Below, piece after piece: positions 9,689 to 20,269 of a stretch of DNA of 64,000 nucleotides. The notes beneath the pieces were generated by a model. The model had not been told where the DNA came from and made no database searches. It worked only from the letters and a program-made list of their open reading frames with translations. Source of the stretch: Acidobacteriota bacterium (GTDB lineage Bacteria; Acidobacteriota; Thermoanaerobaculia; Multivoradales; UBA5704); assembly GCA_040005235.1 (NCBI GenBank), contig JBDTZG010000003.1, positions 32,001 to 96,000 of the forward strand, in the 5' to 3' direction. Each line of letters opens with the position of its first letter. The first letter of the stretch is position 1. Made by a program: the position numbers and the translations under genes.

Positions 9689-10105
9689 TCAAAGGCCCGG
9701 AGGCTCGTCCTCGGGTACGCAGATCAGCCTCCGAACGTCACAGCGCTTCCCCTCGACGCAGCCGCCGGTTTCTCCGTAGCAGGTACAGTAGACCCGGCCC
9801 GACTCGTCCTGGACTCCAAAACCCCGGCAGGGCCGGCCCTCAATACAGGAGGTCCTGCTCTCGTTGGGGTACTTGAGGCGCGGCGCGCAGTCGCCGACGC
9901 TCTCGACCTCGGGAAGGCGCTGCACGATCTTGCCTGGTGAATCCTGCCGCAGCAAGGCGGGATCGGGGGCCACGGAAGAGACGTCCTCGATCCGGCCCGC
10001 ATCGGGAGCCTTGGCGTTTCGTTCCAAGGGGGCGCAGAGGCAGGAGGTCAGGGACAGGGCGGCGAGTGCCAGCCAGCCTGTTTGTGAGAGGCTTCGCACC
10101 GTCAT
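9689..10105 (-). CDS. Small Cys-rich exported protein
   Basis: Hydrophobic N-terminus with LTSC; 8 Cys in the C-terminal half; 6 bp downstream of the preceding gene on the same strand. Confidence 0.65.
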   Translation of the reverse strand: MTVRSLSQTGWLALAALSLTSCLCAPLERNAKAPDAGRIEDVSSVAPDPALLRQDSPGKIVQRLPEVESVGDCAPRLKYPNESRTSCIEGRPCRGFGVQDESGRVYCTCYGETGGCVEGKRCDVRRLICVPEDEPPGL

Positions 10106-10111
10106 TTCTCC

Positions 10112-11665
10112 TCAGTACCAGTAGGACACGGCCTGCACGTGCTGGTGCTCCGCAAGGAAGCTCCAGCGTTTCGTGCAGCCGAGGGATGAATCCGTCATGA
10201 ACCGGAGGAAGCGTACGCTGTCGCCGTCTACATCGACCGGCAGGAAGCCATCGTAGTCTCCCCAATACGCCTCTCCTTTGGGCCGCTGGTCCGGACAGAC
10301 CGGAACTGCCCGCGCGATGTCCACCGGGATCGAGAGGGGCTGGCCGTTGACATAGCCGAGAGTGCCCCGTGTGAGACCCAATGTCGTGGTGCTGGCGCCT
10401 TCGCGGACCAGAAACGAAGCTTGCCATCGCGGGGCGGCCCCGAAGGGAAGCCCCTGAAACGCCGTGACATTCGGATTGAAGACGTCGAGCCGCGTGCGCC
10501 GTCCAGAGGCAATAGCCCCGAAAGTCCACTTTTCATACCAGCCACAGCTGCGGAGCGTCTCATCACAGACGCCACCCCGCAGGAAAAGCCAGCCCTGCTC
10601 GTCCTGCTGCGTGACGAGCCAGCGGACCGAGTCGCGGCGTACCACCCCTTCATTGTCCTCATCCGGCGGTTCCGCCGAGGCCACCCCGACGTCGAACGAA
10701 AATTGCGGTCCGGTGCGCAATTTGAGAGGCGCGCCCAGCACCGTACCGCCGAGGTCGACTTGAGGGTAGAGAGCGACTCTCCAGAGAATGGTCTTCGGCT
10801 CTTCCCAGGCGCCATTGCGATAGCGGCTTGCGATCAGCGCGTGGGGTTGCGTGTCGACGTCTTCCGTCTTGGCGACCGCCATGGCATACAGCGTTCCGTC
10901 CGCCGCGACCCGGATGCGAGGATGGGAGCCGGCGTAGTAATGCGGGAATGGCGGCGGCAAAAGGGCGAACGGCTGCCGGCCGTCCGGGCTGCGCCAGACG
11001 TCGATCTGCGATCTGTCGATGTCGACGTAGGCGGCGAAGATCTCACCGCTCGGCCCGGCCGCCATCGATCCGCCATCGTAAAAGTTGCCGCGCGTCGGCA
11101 AGCCCCAAGCCGGGTTGCGCGGCGTCGTATTAGTGAGGCACTGGAAATGCTCGAACCGAACGCCTCCGTCCGTCGAACGGGCGATGCAGGCGCCCCCCAA
11201 TTGCCCGGCATCAAGGTAGCCGGAAATGCCGGAGGCCGGGAACTTGCCATCGGGGATCGCGAGGCTCGACATGAACACCAGGCCGTAGTTGGTCTTCGAG
11301 GTAGTCAACGCCGGGTCGCCCCAGAGCACCGCCCAACCCGGTGGAGGCTTGAGCCGGCCCCCATAGGTCCAGGTGTTGCCGCGGTCTTCCGAGTACGACC
11401 AGCCCATCAGGCTCGCGTTGCGCAGAACTGTACGGCTCGTGGGTCCGTACTCGATCGCAGCCTGACCCGTGTCGTCATTGAAGCCGACCACGACGCGATA
11501 GATCCCGCGGGAGAAGCTCGTGGTCGCATCCGTCTCTGCCTGGGCACCCTGCCGGGTCGTCTCGTCCCGGCCGGTCACCCTACCGGAGGTGGCACAGCCC
11601 GCAAGGAGGAGGAGGGCGGCGAGGGAGGCGCATGGGGCGGAATTGGAAGCACTGGAGAATGGCAT
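10112..11665 (-). CDS. Lipoprotein with Asp-box (BNR/sialidase-like) repeats
   Basis: Lipobox LAGC; YSEDRGNTW, RSTDGGVRF, RSPDGRQPF. Confidence 0.75.
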   Translation of the reverse strand: MPFSSASNSAPCASLAALLLLAGCATSGRVTGRDETTRQGAQAETDATTSFSRGIYRVVVGFNDDTGQAAIEYGPTSRTVLRNASLMGWSYSEDRGNTWTYGGRLKPPPGWAVLWGDPALTTSKTNYGLVFMSSLAIPDGKFPASGISGYLDAGQLGGACIARSTDGGVRFEHFQCLTNTTPRNPAWGLPTRGNFYDGGSMAAGPSGEIFAAYVDIDRSQIDVWRSPDGRQPFALLPPPFPHYYAGSHPRIRVAADGTLYAMAVAKTEDVDTQPHALIASRYRNGAWEEPKTILWRVALYPQVDLGGTVLGAPLKLRTGPQFSFDVGVASAEPPDEDNEGVVRRDSVRWLVTQQDEQGWLFLRGGVCDETLRSCGWYEKWTFGAIASGRRTRLDVFNPNVTAFQGLPFGAAPRWQASFLVREGASTTTLGLTRGTLGYVNGQPLSIPVDIARAVPVCPDQRPKGEAYWGDYDGFLPVDVDGDSVRFLRFMTDSSLGCTKRWSFLAEHQHVQAVSYWY

Positions 11666-11772
11666 ATCTATTCAGGCGCGGGGATCACTCCACGTGTTAC
11701 AGCCCCGCGGTTGGTTCGGCTCCGCAGGTCTTCGACTGAATCCAGAGGATCCGCTCAAAATGCTGCGATCGA

Positions 11773-14700
11773 TCACTCCTTATGGTAATTCGGGTAAGCC
11801 GGATGATCCGGAATCACCACCGGGTTTTTCTTGAGCGCCTCTAAGGTCACTTCGACCGCCTTTTCCAATTGGCGGTCGTGGCCCGCGGCGACGGAGGCCG
11901 GATCGTTTTCCACTTCGATGTCCGGTGCGATGCCGTGGTTCTCGACTTCCCATTCGCCGTGGAGGCCGTAGATGGCGACCCGCGGCGCGGTGACGGATCC
12001 GCCATCCAGGAGCGTCGGATAGTTGTAGATGCCCACCAGGCCTCCCCAGGTGCGGGTGCCGACGAGCGGCCCGACCTGGTCCTGCTTGAACATCCACGGC
12101 AGCGCATCGCCGCCCGAGCCGGCCATCTCGTTGATGATCATCGTCTTGGGTCCGTAGATCTGCGCGAGCGGCGAGCAGAACGGCTCGCCTTCGCGGGAGA
12201 TGGCGCAGTTGCGCAGCGGTCGCTTGAGCTGATCGATGATGTAGTCCGCCACCTGGCCGCCGTGGTTGTAGCGCTCGTCGATCACCGCGCCGAGCTTGCC
12301 CACTTGGGCGAAGTAATAGCGGTTGAAGTTGACGTAACCTCCGACGTTCGTATCCGGAACGTGAACGTAGGCGAGCCTGCCGCCGCTTAAGGTGTCCACC
12401 GTCCGGCGGTTGCCCTCTTCCCAGGCGCGATTGCGGAGCTGCTGTTCGCTCGGCAACGGCACCACGGTGACCTCGCGCGAGCCTTGGCCGTCCGGGTGCG
12501 GCCCCACCTTGATCTTGATCTGTTTGCCGGCGGTGTTCTCAAAGAAACTGTAGACCTCGGCCGGCGGCCGGACCTCTCGACCGTCGACGGCGAGGAGGTA
12601 CTCGCCCTTCTTCACTTCGACACCCGGCTGCGTGAGCGGCGCCAGGAGATCCGGGTTCCAGTTCTCGCCATCGTAAACCTTGGCAAACCGGTACCGGTTA
12701 CCGTCGATCTCGTAGTCCGCGCCGAGCAATCCACCTTTCACCTCGGTCGGCGAGCCGAAGTCGCCGCCATCTACGAACATGTGGCCGACGGTCAGTTCTC
12801 CCAGCATCTCTTCGAACAGGTAGTTCAAGTCGGCGCGCCCGCCCAAACCCTTAAGATACGGGGCGTACTTCTTTTCCGTGGCGGCGAGGTCGAGACCGTG
12901 ATGGCTGGGGTCGTAGAAGAAGTCCCGTTCGATGCGCCAGACCTCGCGGTACATCTGGTTCCATTCGGCACGCGGATCGACGTAGACCTCCATCGCGTCG
13001 AGATTCAAGGCGCCGTCGCCCGGCTTCGGCGCCGCGTCGGTGGCCGCGATGAACCAACCCGGCCCCTGGCCGTACAGCGCCTGATCGCCGCCCGCGGAGA
13101 CCGCAAAGCTGCTCACCCCGGAGAGGAACGGCTCGACCTTCTGGGTGGCGAGGTCGAATTTCGAGATCGAAAGCGACGGGGGCCCGTCGAGGCGCGGCAC
13201 GTCCACGGTTTCGGAGACCCACAGCGTCCCCGCCGTGCCGGCGTCCAGCGCGACGTAGTTCGCGGCAGGGATCGGCAGCGCCACGATGCGCTGGCCGATG
13301 CCGTCCAGATCGATCGTCACCGGAGCCGGCTTTTCTTCCGCATCGTCGCCATCGTTCGGCTTGGCGTCTTTCTTTCCGCCTTTGGTGGCGGCTTCCTCGC
13401 CGGAGGCTTTGCCTTTGTCGCCCTTGGCCGCGTCTTTGGCGTCCTTCGAATCTTTGGCGGCTTTTTTCTCCTCCTTCTCCTCGTCGGAGAGGGGAGCCAC
13501 CGGCGATGGATCGCCTTTTTTGAGCACCGCGGCGTAGACGCTTCGCAGCACCGGATGCTGATAGCTCGACAGGTCGAGCCATCCCGAGGAGAGACCGAGG
13601 TCCGTGCTCACGGTGAAGTACAACGACTTTCCATCCCGGTCGAACACCGGCGAGCGGGCGTCCCCCATCCCTTCGGTGATCTGCGTTTCTTTTTTGGCGG
13701 CGAGCGAATAGACGAATACCGACCGCAGGTGGCTTTCCAGGAGCTTGGTGTAGGCGAGCCACCGGCTGTCCGGCGACCAACGGGCCGCGAAGCCGGCGGT
13801 GGGATCTTCATAGCGATCGGTCGCCACCTTGACCGGCGTGCCTTTTCCGACTTCGACGTACCAAAGGTTCAGCCGCTTGTCGGTGTAAGCGATGCGCCGG
13901 CTGTCCGGCGACCAGATCGGCTCGTAAAAGAACGACGGCGGGCCTCCCAGGTCGATCTTCTTCGTCGATCCGCCTCCGGACGCATCGGCGATGTGAAGGG
14001 CGTATTCTCCGGATTCATCGGAGAAGAACGCGATCGATTTACCGTCCGGCGACCAGGCCGGATCGCGCTCCGCCACCGCGGTTGTCCGCGTCAAATTGCG
14101 GATGTCGCCTTTTTTCGCCGGTACCGAAAGGATCTCGCCGCGCGCCTCGAAGACCGCGCGGGCGCCGTGCGGCGAAATGCGGCCGACAAGAATTTTCTCT
14201 CCTGCCTTTTCGAAATGCGGCCGTACGGCGGGCAGATCGCCGACGATCGAAATGTCGAGCTTCGTCGCGCCACCGCCCGCCGGATCGAATAGGTAGAGGG
14301 CGCCGAACTGCTCGTAGACCAGCGCATCCGGACCGGCGGAAAGCGACTTGATGTCGAGGCCGCGGTTTTCGATCACCTGCCGCACGGATTTGGCGCGGGT
14401 GTCGTAGGCGAAAAGAGTCACCGGCCCGTTGCGATCGGAGAGGAAATACACCGTGTCGCCCAACCATGCCGGGTGGGTGTCGTTCGAGTTCTCGCGTGGC
14501 ACCTTCTCCAAGGCGAGGTCGGAAAGGCGGACCAGGTCGATCGGCGTCGTCTGCCCGCCGCGATAGCGCTTCCAGGCGGTCTGCCAGATCAGGTTCGGCA
14601 CGTAAGCGACGCGGGTTCCGTCGGGAGAAAACGAAGCGGTCTCTCCCCGCCACATCGGCAGCACCTCGGCGGCGCCGCCGGTCGCGGGCACGGTATAGAG

Positions 14701-15120
14701 CCGGTGGAAATCGGCATACGAATCGCGGTCGGAAGAAAACAGCACGCTCTTGCCGTCGGGGGTCCAGCCGACGGGGACGTCGTTGCCCGGATGCCAGGTA
14801 AGCCTCCTGGGCTCTCCCCCGCCCGAGGGCATGACATAGGCGTCGACGTTGCCGTCGTACTGCGCCGCAAAGGCGAGCCACCGGCCGTCGGGAGAAAAGA
14901 CCGGCGAGCGTTCGTGGCCGCCCGTGGTCAACTGCCGCGCCGCGCCCCCTCCGCGCGGCACCGTCCAGAGGGTGCCGCCGTAGACGAACACGACATCCGT
15001 CTTGCTGAGGGTGGGGGTTTGGGCCAGCAGCGGCACGCCGTCGACGGCCCGGGCAAGCCCCGAGACGACGAGCAACAAGCCGATCCAGATCGCGATTCGA
15101 AGACGCCTGTCTATCCGCAT
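11773..15120 (-). CDS. Tricorn-like protease (S41: beta-propellers, PDZ, S41 catalytic domain)
   Basis: Signal peptide MRIDRRLRIAIWIGLLLVVSGLARA; PD40 repeats (FSPDG, WSPD); EMLGELTVGH, IDERYNHGG, INEMAGSGGD, GTRTWGG; true start far downstream of the 1772-aa ORF start. Confidence 0.93.
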   Translation of the reverse strand: MRIDRRLRIAIWIGLLLVVSGLARAVDGVPLLAQTPTLSKTDVVFVYGGTLWTVPRGGGAARQLTTGGHERSPVFSPDGRWLAFAAQYDGNVDAYVMPSGGGEPRRLTWHPGNDVPVGWTPDGKSVLFSSDRDSYADFHRLYTVPATGGAAEVLPMWRGETASFSPDGTRVAYVPNLIWQTAWKRYRGGQTTPIDLVRLSDLALEKVPRENSNDTHPAWLGDTVYFLSDRNGPVTLFAYDTRAKSVRQVIENRGLDIKSLSAGPDALVYEQFGALYLFDPAGGGATKLDISIVGDLPAVRPHFEKAGEKILVGRISPHGARAVFEARGEILSVPAKKGDIRNLTRTTAVAERDPAWSPDGKSIAFFSDESGEYALHIADASGGGSTKKIDLGGPPSFFYEPIWSPDSRRIAYTDKRLNLWYVEVGKGTPVKVATDRYEDPTAGFAARWSPDSRWLAYTKLLESHLRSVFVYSLAAKKETQITEGMGDARSPVFDRDGKSLYFTVSTDLGLSSGWLDLSSYQHPVLRSVYAAVLKKGDPSPVAPLSDEEKEEKKAAKDSKDAKDAAKGDKGKASGEEAATKGGKKDAKPNDGDDAEEKPAPVTIDLDGIGQRIVALPIPAANYVALDAGTAGTLWVSETVDVPRLDGPPSLSISKFDLATQKVEPFLSGVSSFAVSAGGDQALYGQGPGWFIAATDAAPKPGDGALNLDAMEVYVDPRAEWNQMYREVWRIERDFFYDPSHHGLDLAATEKKYAPYLKGLGGRADLNYLFEEMLGELTVGHMFVDGGDFGSPTEVKGGLLGADYEIDGNRYRFAKVYDGENWNPDLLAPLTQPGVEVKKGEYLLAVDGREVRPPAEVYSFFENTAGKQIKIKVGPHPDGQGSREVTVVPLPSEQQLRNRAWEEGNRRTVDTLSGGRLAYVHVPDTNVGGYVNFNRYYFAQVGKLGAVIDERYNHGGQVADYIIDQLKRPLRNCAISREGEPFCSPLAQIYGPKTMIINEMAGSGGDALPWMFKQDQVGPLVGTRTWGGLVGIYNYPTLLDGGSVTAPRVAIYGLHGEWEVENHGIAPDIEVENDPASVAAGHDRQLEKAVEVTLEALKKNPVVIPDHPAYPNYHKE

Positions 15121-15219
15121 ACCGATCCTCTTAGGGTCCGTTCCTCTTTGGGAGAGGACAGTACAACGAGCCGGGCCGGCGGAGTAAAGTGTCGCAATCT
15201 CAAACGGGAGAAAGACGCC

Positions 15220-16968
15220 TTGAGCCAATCGAACCGACCCAAGAATCCTGCTTCGGATCGCCTGCCGTCCGATACCTCCCAACTCACCCGGCGCACCCTC
15301 CTCGCCGGGGGTGTTGCGGCCGGGGTTTCTACGGCGATGCTCGGCGCGAAAGCTCCGTCGGCGGCCGGCGCCCCAACCGGCGGCCCTTCGGCCGTCCCCC
15401 TCAAAGTGCCGCCGTTCGAGCTGGAAGAGGCGACGATCGCCGCGCTCGGAGACGCGATGGCCTCGGGGCGGCGGACGTCTCAGGATCTCGTCCGCCTCTA
15501 CCTCCGGCGGATCGAGGAGATCGACCGGTCGGGACCCGCGCTCCACGCGGTGATCGAGCTGAACCCGGACGCCCTCGCGATCGCCGAGGAGATGGATCGT
15601 GAAAGAAAGCAAAAAGGGCCGCGTGGGCCGCTTCATGGAATGCCGGTCCTGATCAAGGACAACATCGCGACGGAGGACCGGATGGAAACGACCGCCGGCT
15701 CGCTCGCGCTGGTCGGCGCCCGGCCCGCCGCCGACGCCTTCCTCGTCTCGCGGCTGCGTGCGGCGGGCGCGGTGATCCTGGGCAAGACCAACCTTTCCGA
15801 ATGGGCGAACTTCCGCTCGACCCGTTCCAGCTCCGGCTGGAGCGGGCGCGGCGGTCAGACCAAGAACCCGTACGTCCTCGACCGCACTCCTTCCGGTTCC
15901 AGCTCGGGAACCGGAGCGGGAATCGCCGCGAGCCTCGCCGCGGCGGGCATCGGCACCGAGACGGACGGTTCGATCGTCTCCCCCGCCTCGGCGAACGGGC
16001 TGGTCGGCATCAAGCCGACCGTCGGCCGGGTCAGCCGATCGGGCGTGATCCCGATCTCGTCGAGCCAGGACACGCCGGGGCCGATGGCGCGAACGGTGGC
16101 CGACGCGGCGCTCCTGCTCGCCGCCATCACGGGAAGCGATCCGAACGATCCGGCGACCGTGCCTTTGTCCGGCGGCTCTCCGGCGCTCGGTGACATCTCC
16201 GCCCTGCTCGATCCCCAAGGACTTTCCGGCGCGCGATTGGGCGTCGTCCGCAGCCAGGGTTTCGGCCGCCATCCGGCGGTCGATCTCGCGATCGAAGCGG
16301 CGATCGAAGCGATGCGGAAAGCCGGCGCCGTGGTGGTCGATCCGGTCGAGCTCGTCTGGTCGCAGGAGATCCGCGACGCCGAAACCATCGTGCTCCAATA
16401 CGAGTTCAAGGACGGCTTGGACAAGTACCTCGCGGCGCTCGGAACCGCCACGCCGGTCAAGTCGCTCCGCGAGCTGATCGACTGGAATCTGAAGAACCTG
16501 GACCGCGAAATGCCCTGGTTCGGGCAAGAAACCTTCGAGGCCTCGGCCGCCCGCGGACCGCTCACCGACGAGGCGTATCAGAAGGCCAGGGCAAAATGCA
16601 TCGAAAGCGCCCGCACTTTGGGCCTCGAAGCCACCTTCGCGAAAGACCGGCTCGACGCCATCGTCACGCCCACGAGCGGCCCGGCCGGACCGATCGACTG
16701 GCTCCACGGCGACCGGCCGGTCGGCGGCACCGCGGCGCTCGCGGCCATCTCCGGCTGGCCCAGCATCTCCGTGCCAGCCGGCTTCGCCCTCGGCCTGCCG
16801 TTCGGGATCTCGTTCACGGGACCGGCCTGGAGCGAAGGCAAGCTCGTCCGCATCGCCTACGCGTTCGAACAGATCACGAAAGTCCGCCGCGCCCCGCGAT
16901 ACCTGCCGACGCTCGATACCAGCCAGGAACATACGCCGCTCCCGCCGGTGCCGAAGAAGGCGGCGTGA
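15220..16968 (+). CDS. Amidase-signature family enzyme with Tat signal
   Basis: TRRTLL Tat motif; GPLHGMPVLIKDN, GKTNLSEWAN, SGSSSG, GTETDGSI; TTG start approximate. Confidence 0.9.
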   Translation: MSQSNRPKNPASDRLPSDTSQLTRRTLLAGGVAAGVSTAMLGAKAPSAAGAPTGGPSAVPLKVPPFELEEATIAALGDAMASGRRTSQDLVRLYLRRIEEIDRSGPALHAVIELNPDALAIAEEMDRERKQKGPRGPLHGMPVLIKDNIATEDRMETTAGSLALVGARPAADAFLVSRLRAAGAVILGKTNLSEWANFRSTRSSSGWSGRGGQTKNPYVLDRTPSGSSSGTGAGIAASLAAAGIGTETDGSIVSPASANGLVGIKPTVGRVSRSGVIPISSSQDTPGPMARTVADAALLLAAITGSDPNDPATVPLSGGSPALGDISALLDPQGLSGARLGVVRSQGFGRHPAVDLAIEAAIEAMRKAGAVVVDPVELVWSQEIRDAETIVLQYEFKDGLDKYLAALGTATPVKSLRELIDWNLKNLDREMPWFGQETFEASAARGPLTDEAYQKARAKCIESARTLGLEATFAKDRLDAIVTPTSGPAGPIDWLHGDRPVGGTAALAAISGWPSISVPAGFALGLPFGISFTGPAWSEGKLVRIAYAFEQITKVRRAPRYLPTLDTSQEHTPLPPVPKKAA

Positions 16969-17186
16969 CGCGCTATCTGAGCTAGAGGCGGGGTGAGGTT
17001 GGCGAGCTCGGCGCAGCTCGCGGCGTGATCCTTCGCGGGCCAGCAGGACACCTACCTGAACGTCGTCGGGTCGGCGGCGATCCTTGAACACGTCAGCTGC
17101 TCTAACTCCGGGTTCAGGTTTGACCGACGCGCTCCCGATTGCACATCATGCGCTCCTGACCCAGCTTGGCCCCGAGGAGTCCCTCC

Positions 17187-19169
17187 ATGCGCCGAATCGT
17201 GATCGCCCTGCTGTTCGCCCCATCCATTTCGGCCTTCGGCCTCACCGCCGAAGAACCGGTTCCGATCCCCTCCGCGCTCGTGGCCGACGGCCTGCCGCCC
17301 GTGTCGCGCGCCCTCGCCGCCGAGGTGGCCCGCTATACGGAATTCCGCAGTGCGAGCTTCGTCGATTGGCACCCGGTGGAGCCTCAGATGTTGATCTCCA
17401 CCCGATTCGGCAACACCCAGCAGATCCATCGGGTCAAAAGTCCGGGGGGAGACCGCACCCAGCTGACTTTCGCCGCGGAGCCGGTGGTCAGTGCCACGTA
17501 TGAACCGAAGGCCGGTAGGTACCTGGTGTTCCAGAAAGACCAGGGCGGCGACGAGTTTTCTCAGATCTACCGCCAGGACCTCGCCGACGGTCGCATCACC
17601 CTGCTCACCGACGGCGGCCACTCGCAGAACAACGGCGTCAAGTGGAGCCGCGCGGGGGACCGCATCGGCTACAACTCGACGCGCCGAAACGGCGCCGACA
17701 GCGATCTGTACGTGATGGATCCGCTGCACCCGCAATTGGACCGCCGGGTGCTCACAATCCAGGGCGGCGGCTGGTCGGTGTCCGACTGGTCGCCCGACGA
17801 CCGGCGGCTGCTGGCGGTCGAAGGGGTCTCGATCAACGAAACCCGCCTCTGGTCGGTCGACGTGAACGACGGGACGAAGAGCCGCGTCTCTCCCGAAGGC
17901 GCCGAACCGACGGTCTGGCGTTCGGCGCTGTTTCACCCCGACGGCAAGCGGGCCTACGTTCTCACCGACCGCGACGCGGAGGTCGCCTACCTCGCCCTGC
18001 TCGACCTGGCGACCGGCAAGGTCCAACGGGTAAGCGCGGAGCGTTCCTGGGAGGTCGAAGGCTTCGACCTGTCGCGCGACGGCGCCATCCTCGCCTTTAC
18101 GGTCAATGAGGAGGGGCTGTCGAAGCTGTTCCTGCTCGACACGAAAAGCGGCGTCGAGCGCGAGGTCGCCGCGGTGCCGGTGGGCGTGATCGGCCGGATC
18201 GTCTTCCACCCCGACGGCAAGCTGCTCGCCTTCTCGGTCGGAAACTCCGCCGCTCCGAGCGACGTCTATGCCCTGGACACGAGCACCGGCGCCGTCTCCC
18301 GGTGGACCGAAAGCGAGACCGGCGGCGTGATTCTCGCCCTCCCCGACCCGGAGGTGGTGCGCTGGAAGAGCTTCGATGAGCGCGAGATCAGCGGTTTCCT
18401 TTACCGCCCGGCGCCGCGCTTCTCCGGCAAGCGACCCGTGCTGGTGATCATCCATGGCGGACCGGAGGGGCAATCGCGTCCCACCTTCATGAGCCGATGG
18501 AGCTACCTGCTCGATCAGCTCGGAGTGGCGCTCTTGGAACCCAATGTCCGCGGCTCGACCGGCTACGGCAAAACGTTCGTCAAGCTCGACAACGGAATGG
18601 CCCGCGACGGCGCGGTGGCGGACGTCGGCGCGCTGCTCGACTGGATCGGCCGCCAACCCGACCTCGACGCCTCGCGCCTGATGGTCTACGGCGGCAGCTA
18701 CGGCGGCTTCATGTCGCTCTCCTCGGCGACTCACTTCTCCGACCGGTTACGCGGCGCGATCGACGTGGTGGGAATCTCGAACCTCGGCACCTTCCTCGAC
18801 CACACCGAGGACTACCGCCGCGACCTCCGGCGGGTCGAATACGGCGACGAGCGCGACCCTAAGATGCGCGCCTATTTCGACCGGACCGCACCGCTCGCCA
18901 ACGCCGGCAAGATCACCAAGCCGCTGTTCGTCATCCAAGGCGCCAACGACCCGCGCGTACCGCGAGGCGAAGCCGAGCAGATCGTGGCCGCGACGCGCAA
19001 GAACAACGTCCCCGTCTGGTACCTGCTCGGGACCAACGAGGGCCACGGATTCAACAAGAAAGAGAACCAGGACTACCAGTTCTTCGCCATGGTCGAGTTC
19101 CTACGGAGGTACCTGCTGGCCGATCCGGAGGCGGCCACCGCAACGGCGGGGGGATCGGCGGAGCGATGA
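17187..19169 (+). CDS. Secreted S9 (prolyl oligopeptidase/acylaminoacyl) peptidase
   Basis: IHGGPEGQ, GGSYGG, QGANDPRV, NEGHGF; N-terminal propeller; signal peptide. Confidence 0.93.
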   Translation: MRRIVIALLFAPSISAFGLTAEEPVPIPSALVADGLPPVSRALAAEVARYTEFRSASFVDWHPVEPQMLISTRFGNTQQIHRVKSPGGDRTQLTFAAEPVVSATYEPKAGRYLVFQKDQGGDEFSQIYRQDLADGRITLLTDGGHSQNNGVKWSRAGDRIGYNSTRRNGADSDLYVMDPLHPQLDRRVLTIQGGGWSVSDWSPDDRRLLAVEGVSINETRLWSVDVNDGTKSRVSPEGAEPTVWRSALFHPDGKRAYVLTDRDAEVAYLALLDLATGKVQRVSAERSWEVEGFDLSRDGAILAFTVNEEGLSKLFLLDTKSGVEREVAAVPVGVIGRIVFHPDGKLLAFSVGNSAAPSDVYALDTSTGAVSRWTESETGGVILALPDPEVVRWKSFDEREISGFLYRPAPRFSGKRPVLVIIHGGPEGQSRPTFMSRWSYLLDQLGVALLEPNVRGSTGYGKTFVKLDNGMARDGAVADVGALLDWIGRQPDLDASRLMVYGGSYGGFMSLSSATHFSDRLRGAIDVVGISNLGTFLDHTEDYRRDLRRVEYGDERDPKMRAYFDRTAPLANAGKITKPLFVIQGANDPRVPRGEAEQIVAATRKNNVPVWYLLGTNEGHGFNKKENQDYQFFAMVEFLRRYLLADPEAATATAGGSAER

Positions 19170-19286
19170 TCGGCGACCCGCCGGGTCTCCCGGAAGGGTC
19201 GATGCCCTCTTCCGGAATCCGGCTTTCGGACGGGGTGAACCGTGCCTCCGTGGCATAATCCACTCTCTTTCCAGGAGGCACCTTCG

Positions 19287-20189
19287 ATGCGCAAGATCGC
19301 GCCGTTTGCGGTATTTCTAGTCCTCGCACTTCTCGCCGCCACCCCTTCGTACGCCGCCGTATCAGGGAAAATCGGGCGCAAGGGGGTCACGGTCGAGGTC
19401 GTCGACGCCGTGCTCTACGAGGGGAAGGACTTTTTTGGCGACGACCCCGCCTTGATCCTCCGCCTCTCCGCGGCGAAATTCGATCATGCCGCGATCGACG
19501 AGGCGATCGACCTCGAAGGGGAGATCGACCGCCAGGTCGAAGGCCCGCCGAACGTAACGCTCGAATTCCGCATGGACGGTTCGTGGTCGGGCGGCGGCGG
19601 CTACTTCGTTCCGAACGCAACCTGCGGTTGGTGCATGGATGGTGCTCTCTCGGAGATGGCGAAGACCAAGTTCGAGAAAGATCTCCTCACGGGGACGATC
19701 AAGGTGGTCTCGGCGACCTTGAAAGACGGCGACGGCCCCGACATCGACCTCACGCTTTCGGTCCCGATCTATCGCGTCAAGGGCCTCACCGAACTGCCGA
19801 AAGGCGGCGGCGAGCCGGGGCGGGCCTACCTTGCTTGCACCGCGGCGGTCACCGAACAGGTCAAGCCCGACAAGGCCGCGTTGATCGCCGCCTGCTTCGC
19901 CAAGGACGATCGGTGGGTCGCCAACTTGAACCTCGACAACTCCGGAATGTTCCCCGACCTCGTGTCGTCCGTGCGCTATGAGATCGGACGGGGATCGATG
20001 CTCGAAGAGGTAAAGATCCTCTCGGGGCGGGTGAAAGGCAAGCGCGCCGAGCTGGAGGTCGAAGGGAAAATCTTCGACCGCTCCTCCGAGCCGCCCTCGG
20101 TCGAGCGCCATCGCGGCAAGGTATTCCTCGCCCTCACCGGCGACGGCTGGCGTCTCCGCGGCGACCGGCTCGAACAGGTCTTTGACTGA
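19287..20189 (+). CDS. Secreted hypothetical protein
   Basis: RBS AGGAGG; signal peptide ending SYA-A; strong GC3 bias. Confidence 0.75.
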   Translation: MRKIAPFAVFLVLALLAATPSYAAVSGKIGRKGVTVEVVDAVLYEGKDFFGDDPALILRLSAAKFDHAAIDEAIDLEGEIDRQVEGPPNVTLEFRMDGSWSGGGGYFVPNATCGWCMDGALSEMAKTKFEKDLLTGTIKVVSATLKDGDGPDIDLTLSVPIYRVKGLTELPKGGGEPGRAYLACTAAVTEQVKPDKAALIAACFAKDDRWVANLNLDNSGMFPDLVSSVRYEIGRGSMLEEVKILSGRVKGKRAELEVEGKIFDRSSEPPSVERHRGKVFLALTGDGWRLRGDRLEQVFD

Positions 20190-20269
20190 TCCAGAAGCCG
20201 AGCCGGCGGGATCGAACGCCTCTCCCGGAAAACCGTCTTCCGGGAAAGGCGGATCTCGAAAAGAAGCTA

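Noticed and set aside
13340-13490. Low-complexity K/D/E/A stretch in the tricorn gene as an insertion element
   Set aside because: It is an in-frame charged linker, common in tricorn-like proteases.
11773-17091. 1772-aa giant ORF
   Set aside because: Only 11773-15120 is the tricorn protease; the upstream ~650 codons are the stop-free antisense frame of the amidase gene.
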